The position numbers and the translations under genes are program-made. This document shows positions 10,928 to 22,230 of a stretch of DNA of 64,000 nt, one piece after another. The DNA lies in contig JAZDQA010000007.1 of the NCBI GenBank assembly GCA_043797085.1, forward strand, positions 1-64,000, read 5' to 3'. Source of the DNA: Pseudomonadota bacterium (lineage in GTDB: Bacteria; Campylobacterota; Campylobacteria; Campylobacterales; Sulfurimonadaceae). How positions within the stretch are numbered: position 1 is the stretch's first letter; every line of letters begins with the position of its first letter. A model generated the notes under the pieces. That model did no database searches, was not told where the DNA came from, and saw only the letters and a program-made list of their open reading frames with translations.

Positions 10928-11328
10928 AAACCGTCTTTAAAAGTAGTATCCATTACATTGGCACCGCGAACCATGGCTTCAACTGAAGTACGAACGGTTG
11001 AACGTTGAAGCATCATATTTTTAACAAAGTCTTGACCTTCGACATGAACACCTTGAATGCGCTCAGCGATCTGACGGTAGCCGTCCGCCATTGCGGCACG
11101 TTTTGCTAGTGCGTATGCTTGTGCAGGTGACGCAGTTACGCTAGGTGCAACACCTTGTCCAAAGACAGTAATGACTAGTTCACGCGTTGCTGAGAGAGAG
11201 GGCTCTACGCAATTACCATCCGTTCCGCTATAAACACAGCGAACTTTTACGTCATCTTTAGAGGACAAGAGTTCTGCTTGTAAGAATGATGCGCTGAGGA
11301 TAAATGCCAAAGCTAGTGAATATTTCAT
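10876..11328 (-). CDS. flgP: LPP20-domain protein (FlgP-like)
   Basis: GQGVAP..SPAQAYALAKRAA..D.YRQIAE...GV.VEG motif; directly downstream of gyrA. Confidence 0.75.
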   Translation of the reverse strand: MKYSLALAFILSASFLQAELLSSKDDVKVRCVYSGTDGNCVEPSLSATRELVITVFGQGVAPSVTASPAQAYALAKRAAMADGYRQIAERIQGVHVEGQDFVKNMMLQRSTVRTSVEAMVRGANVMDTTFKDGLCEIELEIVLSYSQLSK

Positions 11329-11375
11329 GGTTAGGTTCCTTTAATAGGCTAAATAGTATCTGACTTAAGCAAATA

Positions 11376-13859
11376 CTATTCCAAAATCAAAGTTCCTTCG
11401 TCCCCTTCTTCACCATCCTCTTCGTCTTCTTCTTTTTTCGGACAACGGGAGATACTTTTAACGTCATCACCTTTGATGATATAAACACCGCTGGTATTAC
11501 GTCCGGATTTGGCAATGGTTTGCATATCAACACGGATCATTTTACCGCTCTTGGTGAGTGCCATCATGTCCATGGTTTCATCGACCATGAGACATCCGAC
11601 AACGGTTGTGCCTGTTTTTGCATTGAGTTTCATAGCGATAACACCGGTTCCTGCACGGTTGGTGAGGCGGTATTCTTCGGCAGTTGTACGTTTTCCGATC
11701 CCTTTTTCACTGACCATTAAGATCTCTTGCTCGTCATTTTTGATGATGTTAGCGTCTACTACGACGTCACCCTCGATTTTAAACTTGATACCGCGAACAC
11801 CGCGCGTGCTACGTCCTTGGTCACGGGTTTTTTCAATTTCGAATTTGATACATTGGGCAAACTTCGTCACGATAAAGAGGTATTTTGTCTCTTCGGTTGC
11901 GATATAGGCCGTGATAAGAGCATCGTCATCATCAAGGACAATAGCGCGAACTCCATTACTGCGAACGTTTGAGAATTCATTGAGAGCAGTACGTTTGACT
12001 ACTCCGTTTTGGGTGAAGAATACGAGGGATTTGTTTTCATCAAAATCACTGGTTGGGATGATAGAACGGATTTTCTCATCGGCTTCGAGGTTGATGAGAT
12101 TGACAACCGCTTTACCTTTTGCAGTACGAGATCCTTCTGGGATTTTATACACTTTGAGCCAGTGAAGCTGTCCGCGATCGGTGACAAACATCAAGGTGTC
12201 GTGAGTATTGCAGGTAAAGAATTTTTCGATAAAGTCATCATCGTAGGTGGTGACGGCAATTTTGCCTTTTCCGCCGCGACGCTGTTTTTCGTAGGCTACG
12301 AGAGGGACGCGCTTGATGTATCCACGGTGAGAGATGGTAACAACCATTGGCTCGTTCGGGATCAAGTCTTCGATGTTAATATCATCATAGTTGTCTTCGA
12401 TTTCGGTGACGCGATCAATATTAAACTGCTCTAAGAGTTCAACAAATTCACCTTTGATAATATCTTTTAGAACCTCTTCGCTTCGAAGAATACTTTCTAA
12501 ATATTCAACGTGTGCCAAAATTTCTTTGAGCTCATTTTCGATTTTTTCACGTTCAAGTCCTGTAAGACGTTGAAGACGCATATCCAAAATCGCTTGGGCT
12601 TGGATAGGGGAGAAACCAAACTCTTCAATCAGTCCATTCTTAGCATTTTCGCCATCTTTGCTTGCACGAATAAGTTTGATAATGGCTTCGATGTGATCAA
12701 GCGCTTTTTTCAAACCTTCTAAGATATGAGCACGGGCTTTGGCTTTTTCAAGATCAAAAATCGTACGGCGGATAATGACGGTTTTACGATGATTGACAAA
12801 ATGACCCAGCATTTCAAGGAGCGAGAATATGCGAGGCTCTTGGTTGAAAACCGAAAGCATAATAATCCCGAATGTTGTTTCCATATTGGTTGATTTGTAA
12901 AGATTGTTGAGAACGATTTCGCTCATCGCATCACGTTTAAGCTCGATTACGACACGAATTCCTTCGCGATCTGATTCATCACGAATTTCGCTGATTCCCT
13001 CGATGTATTTATCTTTAACTAAATCAGCGATGGTTTCGATAAGACGCGCTTTATTGACTTGATACGGAAGCTCATCGATGACGATAACGTCTTTATTGGA
13101 TTTTTTCTCGATATGAGTTTTGGCACGTACACGGATACGTCCGCGACCGGTTTCGTAGGCGTCTAAAATACCTTTTTTACCGTAAATCGTTCCGCCGGTA
13201 GGAAAATCAGGAGCTTTAATAAACTGCATGATTTCGATGAGTGAAGCATTAGGATTGTCCATAAGGTGAACCAGTGCACTTAAAACTTCTTTAGGGTTAT
13301 GGGGAGGGATATTGGTGGCCATACCGACAGCAATACCGCTGGAACCATTAATAAGAAGATTGGGGACGCGTGCAGGAAGAACGACAGGCTCAACGGTTGT
13401 ACCATCGTAGTTTTCTACCATGTTGACCGTATCTTTTTCAAGATCTTTGAGAAGTTCTCCGGCGTAACGGGTCATACGTGCTTCGGTATAACGCATCGCT
13501 GCCGCGTTGTCTCCATCGACGGAACCAAAGTTCCCCTGACCATCCACAAGCGGCATGCGCATAGCAAAGGGCTGAGCCATACGAACAAGTGCATCATAAA
13601 CCGAAGTATCACCGTGCGGATGGTATTGACCGATTACGTCACCGACGATACGGGCGGATTTTTTGTATTTAGCACCCGCTGAGAGGCTAAGTTTGTCCAT
13701 CGCATACAAAATACGTCTATGAACCGGTTTAAGTCCATCACGTACATCCGGCAAAGCCCGTCCGATGATAACACTCATAGAGTAGTCAAGATAACTGCTC
13801 TTTAGTGTATCTTCTATGTTAATATCGTGAATTTCGCTGTTGTCTAGCAAATCGTTCAT
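11376..13859 (-). CDS. gyrA: DNA gyrase subunit A
   Basis: [28 protein letters not shown], GyrA box QRRGGKG; start moved to MNDLL (13859). Confidence 0.98.
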   Translation of the reverse strand: MNDLLDNSEIHDINIEDTLKSSYLDYSMSVIIGRALPDVRDGLKPVHRRILYAMDKLSLSAGAKYKKSARIVGDVIGQYHPHGDTSVYDALVRMAQPFAMRMPLVDGQGNFGSVDGDNAAAMRYTEARMTRYAGELLKDLEKDTVNMVENYDGTTVEPVVLPARVPNLLINGSSGIAVGMATNIPPHNPKEVLSALVHLMDNPNASLIEIMQFIKAPDFPTGGTIYGKKGILDAYETGRGRIRVRAKTHIEKKSNKDVIVIDELPYQVNKARLIETIADLVKDKYIEGISEIRDESDREGIRVVIELKRDAMSEIVLNNLYKSTNMETTFGIIMLSVFNQEPRIFSLLEMLGHFVNHRKTVIIRRTIFDLEKAKARAHILEGLKKALDHIEAIIKLIRASKDGENAKNGLIEEFGFSPIQAQAILDMRLQRLTGLEREKIENELKEILAHVEYLESILRSEEVLKDIIKGEFVELLEQFNIDRVTEIEDNYDDINIEDLIPNEPMVVTISHRGYIKRVPLVAYEKQRRGGKGKIAVTTYDDDFIEKFFTCNTHDTLMFVTDRGQLHWLKVYKIPEGSRTAKGKAVVNLINLEADEKIRSIIPTSDFDENKSLVFFTQNGVVKRTALNEFSNVRSNGVRAIVLDDDDALITAYIATEETKYLFIVTKFAQCIKFEIEKTRDQGRSTRGVRGIKFKIEGDVVVDANIIKNDEQEILMVSEKGIGKRTTAEEYRLTNRAGTGVIAMKLNAKTGTTVVGCLMVDETMDMMALTKSGKMIRVDMQTIAKSGRNTSGVYIIKGDDVKSISRCPKKEEDEEDGEEGDEGTLILE

Positions 13860-14045
13860 GCAGTCCCCGAAAAAGTGAAGATTAAGTTTTCGATTATAGC
13901 TCAATGAGGCTTAAATTCTAAAAGTCTACTTTTTTGCTCGCTGCATACTAAAGTTTTTGAATACTATATATATCTCATTTTTGGATGCTATTATCATTGG
14001 CGATTCGTTTTGATCTTTGATGTAAAAATCTAAAAAGAGGTATAA

Positions 14046-14939
14046 ATGGTTGAAAATAAAATCGTATTTATTCGGATAATGATGCTTGTGCTAGTGGTAG
14101 TTGGAGAGATGTACGCATCATCTATTGGGATATTGTCTCCTCCTAGTCTAAATAGTGAGAAGGGTATAGTTCAATCAAATGAGAAGAATGTAATTTTTTA
14201 TCGATTAAACGGAGATGAAGATTATACGGTCAATATTAAAATAGATAACAAGATCGTAGGTTCGTTATTGCCAAATCGTTACACTCAAACAAAAGTACGC
14301 ACAGATAAAATTATCGTAAGCGTAGTTGAACGAGATGCTGCCATCTATGAAACTTCTTATGATTTACCCATAATTAGTAGCGCAGAAAGTATATATTTTA
14401 GAGTTTATGAAACATCAAAAGGTAGATTTGTTCTGATTTTATTTAATCCGGAAACGGCTAGAAGTGAAATTTCATCTCTGAATTTAAAATCCACTGATAA
14501 CAACTTGTCTGCTTCAAAATTTACTTCGTCTGAGGTTAAACCTCCAATCATTCTTCCTGCTGAACATAAAAGTATTACTGTGAGCGCTGATGCTTTATTC
14601 CCCTTGAACAGTTCTTATTTTAAACGAGAAAGTATTGTAAAAATAAATACATTGATTGATGATATAGATAAGAATGATGTTAAAGTCATTGCTTTACGTA
14701 TCACTGGGTATTCGGATATTGTGGGGGATGATAATTACAATTTATGGTTATCCCAAAGAAGAGCATATAAAGTAGCGGATTATTTGCAGGCTCACGGTCT
14801 GAAGATACCTATGAAAATCATTGGTCTTGGAGAAACACATCCTATCAGCGAGGGGTGTGAAAGATTGACATTGTCAAAATTGTATGAATGTTTACAAAGT
14901 GATAGAAGGGTTGTGATTGAGTTAATCGGTCAAAAATAA
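14046..14939 (+). CDS. OmpA family protein
   Basis: C-terminal OmpA-like domain (GYSD..G...YN..LSQRRA..V; DRRVVI) and signal-like N-terminus. Confidence 0.85.
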   Translation: MVENKIVFIRIMMLVLVVVGEMYASSIGILSPPSLNSEKGIVQSNEKNVIFYRLNGDEDYTVNIKIDNKIVGSLLPNRYTQTKVRTDKIIVSVVERDAAIYETSYDLPIISSAESIYFRVYETSKGRFVLILFNPETARSEISSLNLKSTDNNLSASKFTSSEVKPPIILPAEHKSITVSADALFPLNSSYFKRESIVKINTLIDDIDKNDVKVIALRITGYSDIVGDDNYNLWLSQRRAYKVADYLQAHGLKIPMKIIGLGETHPISEGCERLTLSKLYECLQSDRRVVIELIGQK

Positions 14940-15000
14940 TTTCAAAAATAAAAATTGACTGAGCAGGTAATAAGGCTTAATTTTTGTTAACAGAGAATAG

Positions 15001-15017
15001 TGATTAAATTTTAAGCA
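15001..15017. promoter_or_regulatory. Palindromic box upstream of amt1 (candidate nitrogen-regulator site)
   Basis: TGATTAAATTTTAAGCA; 16/17 identical to the box upstream of amt2. Confidence 0.55.
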
Positions 15018-15096
15018 ATAAATCACAGATAACTGCTTTGTTTTGTATGTAGAATGGTGGTTGAGTTTTTGATAACACATTTAAAAAGGAGAAAAG

Positions 15097-16449
15097 ATGA
15101 AGAAATTCATTTTACCATCACTACTTTTGCCGGTATTGGCATTAGCAGAAGAGGTTGCGGTAGCTGTAGAAGCTGTAGTTGAGCCCGTTGTAGAACCTGT
15201 ACTTAATTCAGGTGATACTGCGTGGATGATGATGTCAACAGCATTAGTAATGCTTATGACACCGGTAGGTTTGGCGCTGTTCTACGGCGGTATGACGAGA
15301 GCAAAAAATGTTCTTAATACCTATGCTATGGTTTTTGGTGCATTTGTAGTTGGTTTTATCGTGTGGATTATCGCAGGATATTCACTCGCGTTTGGTACAA
15401 TGGAAGGACCAATGAATCAAGTTATCGGCGGATTTGGGCATGTGATGCTGAACGGTATTGTGTGGACTGATTTTACGAACGTTGATTTGGGTCAGCTTTA
15501 TCCTAAATATGTGTTTGTTGTGTTCCAAGGAACGTTTGCGGCCATTACTGTTGCGATTGCATCGGGTTCAGTGATTGAGCGTATGAAGTTCTCTACATGG
15601 ATGGTGTTTGTTGCGATTTGGGTTTTAGCAGTTTATGCTCCGATTACACACATGGTATGGGGTGGCGGTTACCTTTTCAACGAAGGTGCTCTTGACTTCG
15701 CAGGTGGTACGGTTGTTCACATGAACGGTGGTTTGGCTGGTTTGGTATTGGCTCTTTTAATTGGCAAACGTGCCGGTTATCCAAAAACAGCGATGAAACC
15801 TGCGAGTGTTATTTTGACAGCGCTGGGTGCAGGTCTTCTTTGGTTCGGTTGGTACGGTTTTAACGGCGGATCAGCGTTTGGTGCTAATGCAATCGCGGGT
15901 GTTGCGTATTTGACTACGACTATCGCGGCTTCTATTGCAACGATTACATGGATTGCATTGGAATACATGGTATTCAAGAAAGCAACTTTATTGGGTGCGG
16001 CAACGGGTGCTATCGCAGGACTTGTAGCGATTACTCCGGCTGCTGGTTTTGTTTTGGTACAGGGTGCTTTCATTATTGGTATCCTTGGTGCGATCATCGC
16101 ATTCTTCGGTGTTATGCTTATGAAGAAAAAATTGGGCTATGATGATTCTTTGGATGCGTTTGGTGTTCACTTTCTTGCGGGTCTTTGGGGTGCGATTGCA
16201 ACCGGTATCTTCGCTGTCAACGACAAAGCGTTGTTATGGGATGGTCCATTAAAAGAGTCAGGCGATCGTATGGGACAAATCATGGTTCAGCTTGAATCTG
16301 TAGCACTTGTCGGTGCCTTTACCTTGATTGGAACCGTTGTAGTGTATTATATCGCTATGGCAATTACAGGCGGATCACGTGTGAATGAAGAAGAAGAGAG
16401 CATGGGTCTTGATGAATCAGTACACGGTGAACGTGGGTTTAATTTATAA
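15097..16449 (+). CDS. amtB: Ammonium transporter
   Basis: GDTAW, DFAGGTVVH, WYGFNGGS, DDSLDAFGVH. Confidence 0.96.
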   Translation: MKKFILPSLLLPVLALAEEVAVAVEAVVEPVVEPVLNSGDTAWMMMSTALVMLMTPVGLALFYGGMTRAKNVLNTYAMVFGAFVVGFIVWIIAGYSLAFGTMEGPMNQVIGGFGHVMLNGIVWTDFTNVDLGQLYPKYVFVVFQGTFAAITVAIASGSVIERMKFSTWMVFVAIWVLAVYAPITHMVWGGGYLFNEGALDFAGGTVVHMNGGLAGLVLALLIGKRAGYPKTAMKPASVILTALGAGLLWFGWYGFNGGSAFGANAIAGVAYLTTTIAASIATITWIALEYMVFKKATLLGAATGAIAGLVAITPAAGFVLVQGAFIIGILGAIIAFFGVMLMKKKLGYDDSLDAFGVHFLAGLWGAIATGIFAVNDKALLWDGPLKESGDRMGQIMVQLESVALVGAFTLIGTVVVYYIAMAITGGSRVNEEEESMGLDESVHGERGFNL

Positions 16450-16459
16450 ACCATAATTG

Positions 16460-16537
16460 AACGCCAAAGGAATTCATTCCTTTGGTTACGCTAGCCGCTA
16501 TGGCACTAAAGCTTGCCTCTTACGAGGCAGATTTTTT
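16460..16537 (+). repeat. Repeat family A copy 1 (multi-hairpin; GTAG tag mutated to GTAA on the minus strand)
   Basis: AACGCCAAAGGAAT..ATTCCTTTGG..CTAGCCGC..CTAAAGCTTGCCTC..GAGGCAGATTTT; homologous to 38230-38310 (reverse) and 52681-52755. Confidence 0.85.
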
Positions 16538-16560
16538 GCCCACAGCCTTGAGTTTTCTAA

Positions 16561-16920
<360 letters not shown>

Positions 16921-16928
16921 TATCTTGC

Positions 16929-16958
16929 CGTCATTCCCGCGTAGGCGGGAATCCAGCT
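16929..16958 (+). repeat. CGTC-type REP (ATTCCC-N8-GGGAAT core, dRS3-like)
   Basis: CGTCATTCCCGCGTAGGCGGGAATCCAGCT; second, interrupted copy at 57145-57192. Confidence 0.8.
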
Positions 16959-16984
16959 CTTAATTTTAAGATGACGAAAGAAAC

Positions 16985-17001
16985 TGATTAAATTTTAATC
17001 A
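16985..17001. promoter_or_regulatory. Palindromic box upstream of amt2
   Basis: TGATTAAATTTTAATCA (extends to AAACTG...CAGTTT), upstream of a TATAAT -10 near 17033. Confidence 0.55.
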
Positions 17002-17069
17002 GTTTGACTACTCTAATCTTTGTGATTGAATATATAATGCACACCTTTACTTCAAATTAAAGGTGTTGC

Positions 17070-18248
17070 ATGGATACTGCGTACGTTATTGATACCCTTT
17101 TTGCCCTTTTCTCTATTACACTTATTATCTTAATGGTCCCCGGTTTCGCGATGCTTGAAGCAGGTTTGGTTCGCACTAAAAACGTTTCCAGTGTTTTGAC
17201 TGTTAATGTGATGATTTATGCGGTTGCATCAATGGCATTTATTTTGGTCGGTTATACGTTAGCATTTGGTGAATTACAAAGTGCAACGATGAGTAAGTGG
17301 GCATTTTTTATGTTCCAAATGGCGTTTGTCGGTAAAGCGATTAACATTATGAGCGGTGGTGTCGGTGAGCGGGCAAAGCTATTTCCTCTTACAATATTTA
17401 CAATTGTCATGGGTGGATTTATCTATCCTACCGCTGTTAATATCAGTTGGGGAAGTGATTGGCTCAAAGAGACGATTTTTGATTTGAATATGGTCGATTT
17501 AGCGGGTTCTACGGTGATTCACTCGACGGGCGGATGGGCATTACTTGCGGCGATTTTGGTTATCGGATCACGTAAAGGTCGATACGTTCATGGTCAAATG
17601 CGGGTGATTCCTGCATCGAATATTCCTCTCGTTGTTTTGGGCGCAATGTTATTATGGATCGGATGGTTCGGATTTAACGGCGGTTCTGTGGGCGGTATTT
17701 CGACTAAAGAGTTGGCAGACAGTGTCGCATTGACGATTTTTAACACCAATATCGCAGGTCTTGCGGGAGCAATATCTGCCGGAATTTTGATTTATGTCCG
17801 CTATAAACTTTTTGATATCACGATGATTCTTAATGGTGCACTGGGCGGATTGGTTGCGGTAACGGCGGGGGCACATTTATTTACTCTATATGATGCGTTA
17901 GCCGTAGGTTTTATCGGCGGTATTTTGGTTGTTGTTGCGATTCCGTTGTTTGATAAAGTGCGCATTGATGATCCGGTCGGAGCGCTGTCGGTTCACCTCG
18001 TTAATGGTATTTGGGGAACACTTGCCGTGGGAATTTTCGCGAGCGATGCGGCGAAAAATATCACCTTTATGAATCAGCTCAAAGGGGTGGCAGAGATTGC
18101 CGTGTTTGTATTCACTGTTTCGTTTGTTGTTATCTATCTTATCAATAAAGTATTTCCATTCCGTGCAACTGATGAGGAACAGCAGCAAGGGCTTGATGTC
18201 AGCGAATGTGGTCTTGAAGCCTATCCTGAATTTAAACGGGCAATTTAG
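17070..18248 (+). CDS. amt: Second ammonium transporter
   Basis: PGFAMLEAG, DLAGSTVIH, WFGFNGGS, DDPVGALSVH. Confidence 0.93.
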   Translation: MDTAYVIDTLFALFSITLIILMVPGFAMLEAGLVRTKNVSSVLTVNVMIYAVASMAFILVGYTLAFGELQSATMSKWAFFMFQMAFVGKAINIMSGGVGERAKLFPLTIFTIVMGGFIYPTAVNISWGSDWLKETIFDLNMVDLAGSTVIHSTGGWALLAAILVIGSRKGRYVHGQMRVIPASNIPLVVLGAMLLWIGWFGFNGGSVGGISTKELADSVALTIFNTNIAGLAGAISAGILIYVRYKLFDITMILNGALGGLVAVTAGAHLFTLYDALAVGFIGGILVVVAIPLFDKVRIDDPVGALSVHLVNGIWGTLAVGIFASDAAKNITFMNQLKGVAEIAVFVFTVSFVVIYLINKVFPFRATDEEQQQGLDVSECGLEAYPEFKRAI

Positions 18249-18369
18249 TCCTCTCTTAACACTGTTGTAACACTTCTTTACTATTCTTCCATGGGGCTTT
18301 TTGCTCCACAAAAGACTCTTTTAACCACCGCGTTGTATAATTTGTTAATATTGATTTAAAAGGGCAACT

Positions 18370-19740
18370 ATGAGCATTTATCGTGAATATGACATTCGGG
18401 GAATTTTTGAAGAAGAGCTTAATGAAGAGACGATTACCAGACTGGGTTATGCTCTTGCTGATGAAATGCGTCCGTATGGCGAATACGTTGCGGTAGGTTA
18501 TGATGCACGTTCTCACTCACCGATTTTATTTGAATATTTAACAGCTGGGCTTAATGCCGGCGGTATGAAAGTTTTGGGGATGGGGATGGTTCCTACTCCG
18601 GTGAATTATTTTTGCAATTATCAAGAGTTTGATGGAAAAACGGCGTGCGCTTCGGTGATGATTACCGGCTCTCACAATCCGAGCGAATATAACGGGTTTA
18701 AAATTACCATTAACAAACTTCCTTTTTTCGGTGAATCGATTTATGCTCTTGGACGGACGATTGACATCCTTCCATTCCCTCTTAAAACACCGCGTGACGT
18801 TGTCGAAATCGATGCATTAAGTCGTTATAAAACCTATATGATTAAAGAATTTTCGCATTTGCGCGGCATGAAAGAAAAGATTGTTTACGACTGCGGTAAC
18901 GGTGTGGCAGGACTTGGTTTAGTGGATATTTTCAGTGCACTTGAGCTGGATACGTTTGGTATTTATGTCGATCCGGACGGAACATTCCCAAATCATCACC
19001 CCGATCCTAGTGAAGAGCATAATCTCCATGATATTAAGAAAGTTCTAGCCGAGCGTGGCGATATTGCTTTTGCGTACGATGGCGACAGTGACCGCATTGC
19101 AGTATTGACCCATAAAAACAATATTAAAGGCGACATGATGGCACTGTTATTTGCGCTAAAGATGAAAAATCCAATCGTCATCGGTGAAGTGAAATGTTCA
19201 CAAGTGATGTATGACACGTTACGTGAACGCGGTGCAACGGCAGTGATGTACAAAACGGGGCACTCCAATCTCAAAGTCAAAATGAAAGAACTGCATGCTG
19301 ATTTGGCGTGTGAAGTAAGCGGACACGTTTTCTTTGCGGATCGTTATTTTGGATATGACGATGCAATTTATGCAACGTTGCGGATGCTTGAACTGATTCA
19401 TGACGGGATTGATCTTGATGCTGAACTTGCAAAACTTCCAAAAGTGTTTTCTACCGAAGAGATCAAAGTCAAAACGACAGAGCACGAAAAATTTGCTCTC
19501 ATCGATAAACTCAAAGAACTGTTAAAGAATCCTCCTGCGAATTTCCCTAACATACGAGAAATTATCGAAGTCGATGGTGTTCGAGTGATATTTGATAAAG
19601 GATGGGGCTTGGTACGTGCGAGTAATACGACTCCTGTACTAGTAACGCGTTTTGAATCCACCGAAGAGTCCGAAGCGGTACACTATGAAAATGCGCTCAA
19701 TGCGCTTATCCAAGAAGCACAAAACCAACTTAAGGTCTAA
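18370..19740 (+). CDS. algC: Phosphomannomutase/phosphoglucomutase (AlgC-type)
   Basis: REYDIRG, TGSHNP, DGDSDR, RASNT. Confidence 0.92.
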   Translation: MSIYREYDIRGIFEEELNEETITRLGYALADEMRPYGEYVAVGYDARSHSPILFEYLTAGLNAGGMKVLGMGMVPTPVNYFCNYQEFDGKTACASVMITGSHNPSEYNGFKITINKLPFFGESIYALGRTIDILPFPLKTPRDVVEIDALSRYKTYMIKEFSHLRGMKEKIVYDCGNGVAGLGLVDIFSALELDTFGIYVDPDGTFPNHHPDPSEEHNLHDIKKVLAERGDIAFAYDGDSDRIAVLTHKNNIKGDMMALLFALKMKNPIVIGEVKCSQVMYDTLRERGATAVMYKTGHSNLKVKMKELHADLACEVSGHVFFADRYFGYDDAIYATLRMLELIHDGIDLDAELAKLPKVFSTEEIKVKTTEHEKFALIDKLKELLKNPPANFPNIREIIEVDGVRVIFDKGWGLVRASNTTPVLVTRFESTEESEAVHYENALNALIQEAQNQLKV

Positions 19741-19741
19741 A

Positions 19742-20749
19742 ATGCAAACTGTAACCCTCACAATGCCACTGGACATGCACGTTCACCTGCGGGATGGCGA
19801 TATGCTAAATATTGTCGCACCTCTTACGTCGTACACGTTTAGCGGTGCGTTGGTGATGCCCAACCTTGTTCCTCCAGTGACAACGCTTGAAGCGGTAAAA
19901 GCGTATCGTCATCGCATTAAAGTAGCGATGGAGTCAGATGATTTTGAACCCTATATGACCCTCTTTTACCAAAACTACAGCCGAGAATTTTTGGAGAGCG
20001 TTCAAGACCATATTACGGCAATCAAAATATATCCCAGCGGCGCAACGACAAATTCTGAAGGCGGAGTTGTTAGCTTCGATATCGAGCCGATGCGCGAGAC
20101 ATTGGAAGCGATGGCGGAGTTAGGGATTGTCCTCTCGGTACACGGAGAGACAAACGGATTTGTAATGGATCGCGAAGCAGAATTTATGAGTGTGTATGAG
20201 AAGCTTGCCATTAACTTCCCGAAACTCAAAATCGTCATGGAGCATATCACGACACGTGCAGCGGTAGAGATGCTCGATAAATATGATCATCTATATGCGA
20301 CGATCACCGTACATCACTTGATGATTACGCTCGATGATGTTGCAGGCGGGATGTTACGTCCTCATCTCTTTTGCAAACCGATTGCCAAACGTCCGGAGGA
20401 TCGTGCTGCATTACTCAAAATAGCTCTTGAAGCACATCCGAAAGTGATGTTCGGCTCTGATTCCGCTCCGCACCCAAAACATGCAAAAGAATCATGCGGA
20501 TGCGGAGCAGGAGTCTTTACCGCTCCGATTGCATTGCAACTGCTGTGTGAGATTTTTGAAGCACACAATAAGTTGGATAATTTACAAGCCTTTATCAGTG
20601 ATAACGCGCAAAGAATTTATGGAATCTGTGCTGAATATAAAGAAGTCGTCCTCGCTAAAAGAGATTTTGTTGTACCTGAGATGTACGGTGAAGTTGTTCC
20701 TATGAGAGCGGGAGAAATATTAACATGGTCGATTGAGCGTGTCGATTAA
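19742..20749 (+). CDS. pyrC: Dihydroorotase (homodimeric type)
   Basis: DMHVHLRDG, MPNL, GATTNS, EHITT, GSDSAPH; start moved to MQTVT (19742). Confidence 0.95.
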   Translation: MQTVTLTMPLDMHVHLRDGDMLNIVAPLTSYTFSGALVMPNLVPPVTTLEAVKAYRHRIKVAMESDDFEPYMTLFYQNYSREFLESVQDHITAIKIYPSGATTNSEGGVVSFDIEPMRETLEAMAELGIVLSVHGETNGFVMDREAEFMSVYEKLAINFPKLKIVMEHITTRAAVEMLDKYDHLYATITVHHLMITLDDVAGGMLRPHLFCKPIAKRPEDRAALLKIALEAHPKVMFGSDSAPHPKHAKESCGCGAGVFTAPIALQLLCEIFEAHNKLDNLQAFISDNAQRIYGICAEYKEVVLAKRDFVVPEMYGEVVPMRAGEILTWSIERVD

Positions 20750-21398
20750 ACTTCTCCTTCTTGAAGATGATCTTCTCTTTGGTGAATCCATCCAAGATTT
20801 TCTTGAAGAAGAGGGGTTCGTCGTGCAATTGTGCCGAAATGGTCAAGAAGCACTTAATGCAACATTCGAATCACGATATGACCTTTATCTTCTTGATATT
20901 AATGTCCCTTTAATCGATGGTCTTTCATTGCTAAAAGAACTTCGAGGATCGTTGGATGAAACACCGGCTATTTATTTAACCTCCCATAAAGATGCAACTA
21001 TTTTACGCGAAGCGTATGAGAACGGTGCGGATGATTATCTGAAAAAACCGTTTGAAACGGATGAGTTGCTTTTACGTATTCATGCACTGTTACGTCGCAG
21101 AGGAGTAGTCAATAATCGCTACTGCGCAGGTGAATTGTGTTTGGATACGTATCATAAAGCTATTCTTTTGGATGGAAATGAGATCGTTTTTTCTCCTAAA
21201 GAATATCTGTTGATGGCATTGCTGATTCAAAATGCAGGCGAAGTGGTGACCAAAGAGATGATGATGGATGCGCTATGGAGTGCCTCTGAGTCGATCAGCG
21301 AAGGGGCAATCCGCGTCTACATCAACCGACTGAAACAAGAAATCGGAAATGAACGGATTCTGAATGTTCGCGGTATGGGGTATCGGCTTGTTTCGTAG
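20733..21398 (+). CDS. OmpR-family response regulator
   Basis: LEDD, DINVP, KKPF; winged-helix RVYINRLK..VRGMGY. Confidence 0.92.
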   Translation: MSVSIKLLLLEDDLLFGESIQDFLEEEGFVVQLCRNGQEALNATFESRYDLYLLDINVPLIDGLSLLKELRGSLDETPAIYLTSHKDATILREAYENGADDYLKKPFETDELLLRIHALLRRRGVVNNRYCAGELCLDTYHKAILLDGNEIVFSPKEYLLMALLIQNAGEVVTKEMMMDALWSASESISEGAIRVYINRLKQEIGNERILNVRGMGYRLVS

Positions 21399-22230
21399 CG
21401 TTGAGATTGCTCTTATATCCCTGTTTGTGATGGGGGTTGCTGTTATTGTTGCGGTTATCTACGCTTTGCATGAAATTGCCCATTTAAATCAATGGGGCGT
21501 GATTGCTTTTGGCAGTTTAGTGGGTTCGATCGGTTTGGGTAAAATTCTCTCCAAAATAGCAATTGAACCGCTTAAGGAACATTTTTATCATCTCGATCGT
21601 TTTTCCAAAGAGACATTACATGAACTCAATCTCCCCATCAACACGATCACTGCAAATGTAGCGATGTTGCGAAAAACGCATGAGGATGAAAAAAGCCAAA
21701 AACGGCTTGAGCGGATTGAGTTGGCTGCTAAGATGTTAAAAGAACGGTATAATGAGCTCGATTATTTGATAAAAAAACAGATGGAGAAAGAAGTTATCGA
21801 GCGCTTTGATCTTTGTGAATTGATTGAAGAGAGAGTCTCTTTTTTAAGCGGACTTTATCCCTCTGCCCAGTGGCAACGTGAGTGTGAACCGCTTGAGGTT
21901 GAGCTTGATAGAATAGGGTTAGCAAAAGTCATTGATAATTTGGTGGATAATGGGGTTAAATACTCCTCCCAAATCCCCAAAATCACCATCACGTTGACAA
22001 AGAATACATTGCGTATTTGTGATAGCGGTGATGGGATGGATGAGGTGACGCTTATGCGTATATTTGATCGATATTATCAAAGTGATAATACGATGGCGGG
22101 ATACGGTATCGGGCTTGGGCTTGTTAAAAAATACTGTGATCGGTATCGTATTGCATTAAGTGTCCAATCACGATTAGGTGAGGGGACGTGTATTACATTA
22201 GAATTTAACAGGGGAAAAAATGGAAAATAG
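21388..22230 (+). CDS. Sensor histidine kinase
   Basis: Two TM helices, H-box LHELNLP, N-box NLVDNGVKY, DSGDG, GIGLGL; start uncertain. Confidence 0.9.
   Translation: MFRSVEIALISLFVMGVAVIVAVIYALHEIAHLNQWGVIAFGSLVGSIGLGKILSKIAIEPLKEHFYHLDRFSKETLHELNLPINTITANVAMLRKTHEDEKSQKRLERIELAAKMLKERYNELDYLIKKQMEKEVIERFDLCELIEERVSFLSGLYPSAQWQRECEPLEVELDRIGLAKVIDNLVDNGVKYSSQIPKITITLTKNTLRICDSGDGMDEVTLMRIFDRYYQSDNTMAGYGIGLGLVKKYCDRYRIALSVQSRLGEGTCITLEFNRGKNGK

Noticed and set aside
11376..13859. Quinolone-resistance substitution in GyrA
   Set aside because: The QRDR reads [10 protein letters not shown]; Thr at this position is wild type in Campylobacter-type GyrA.
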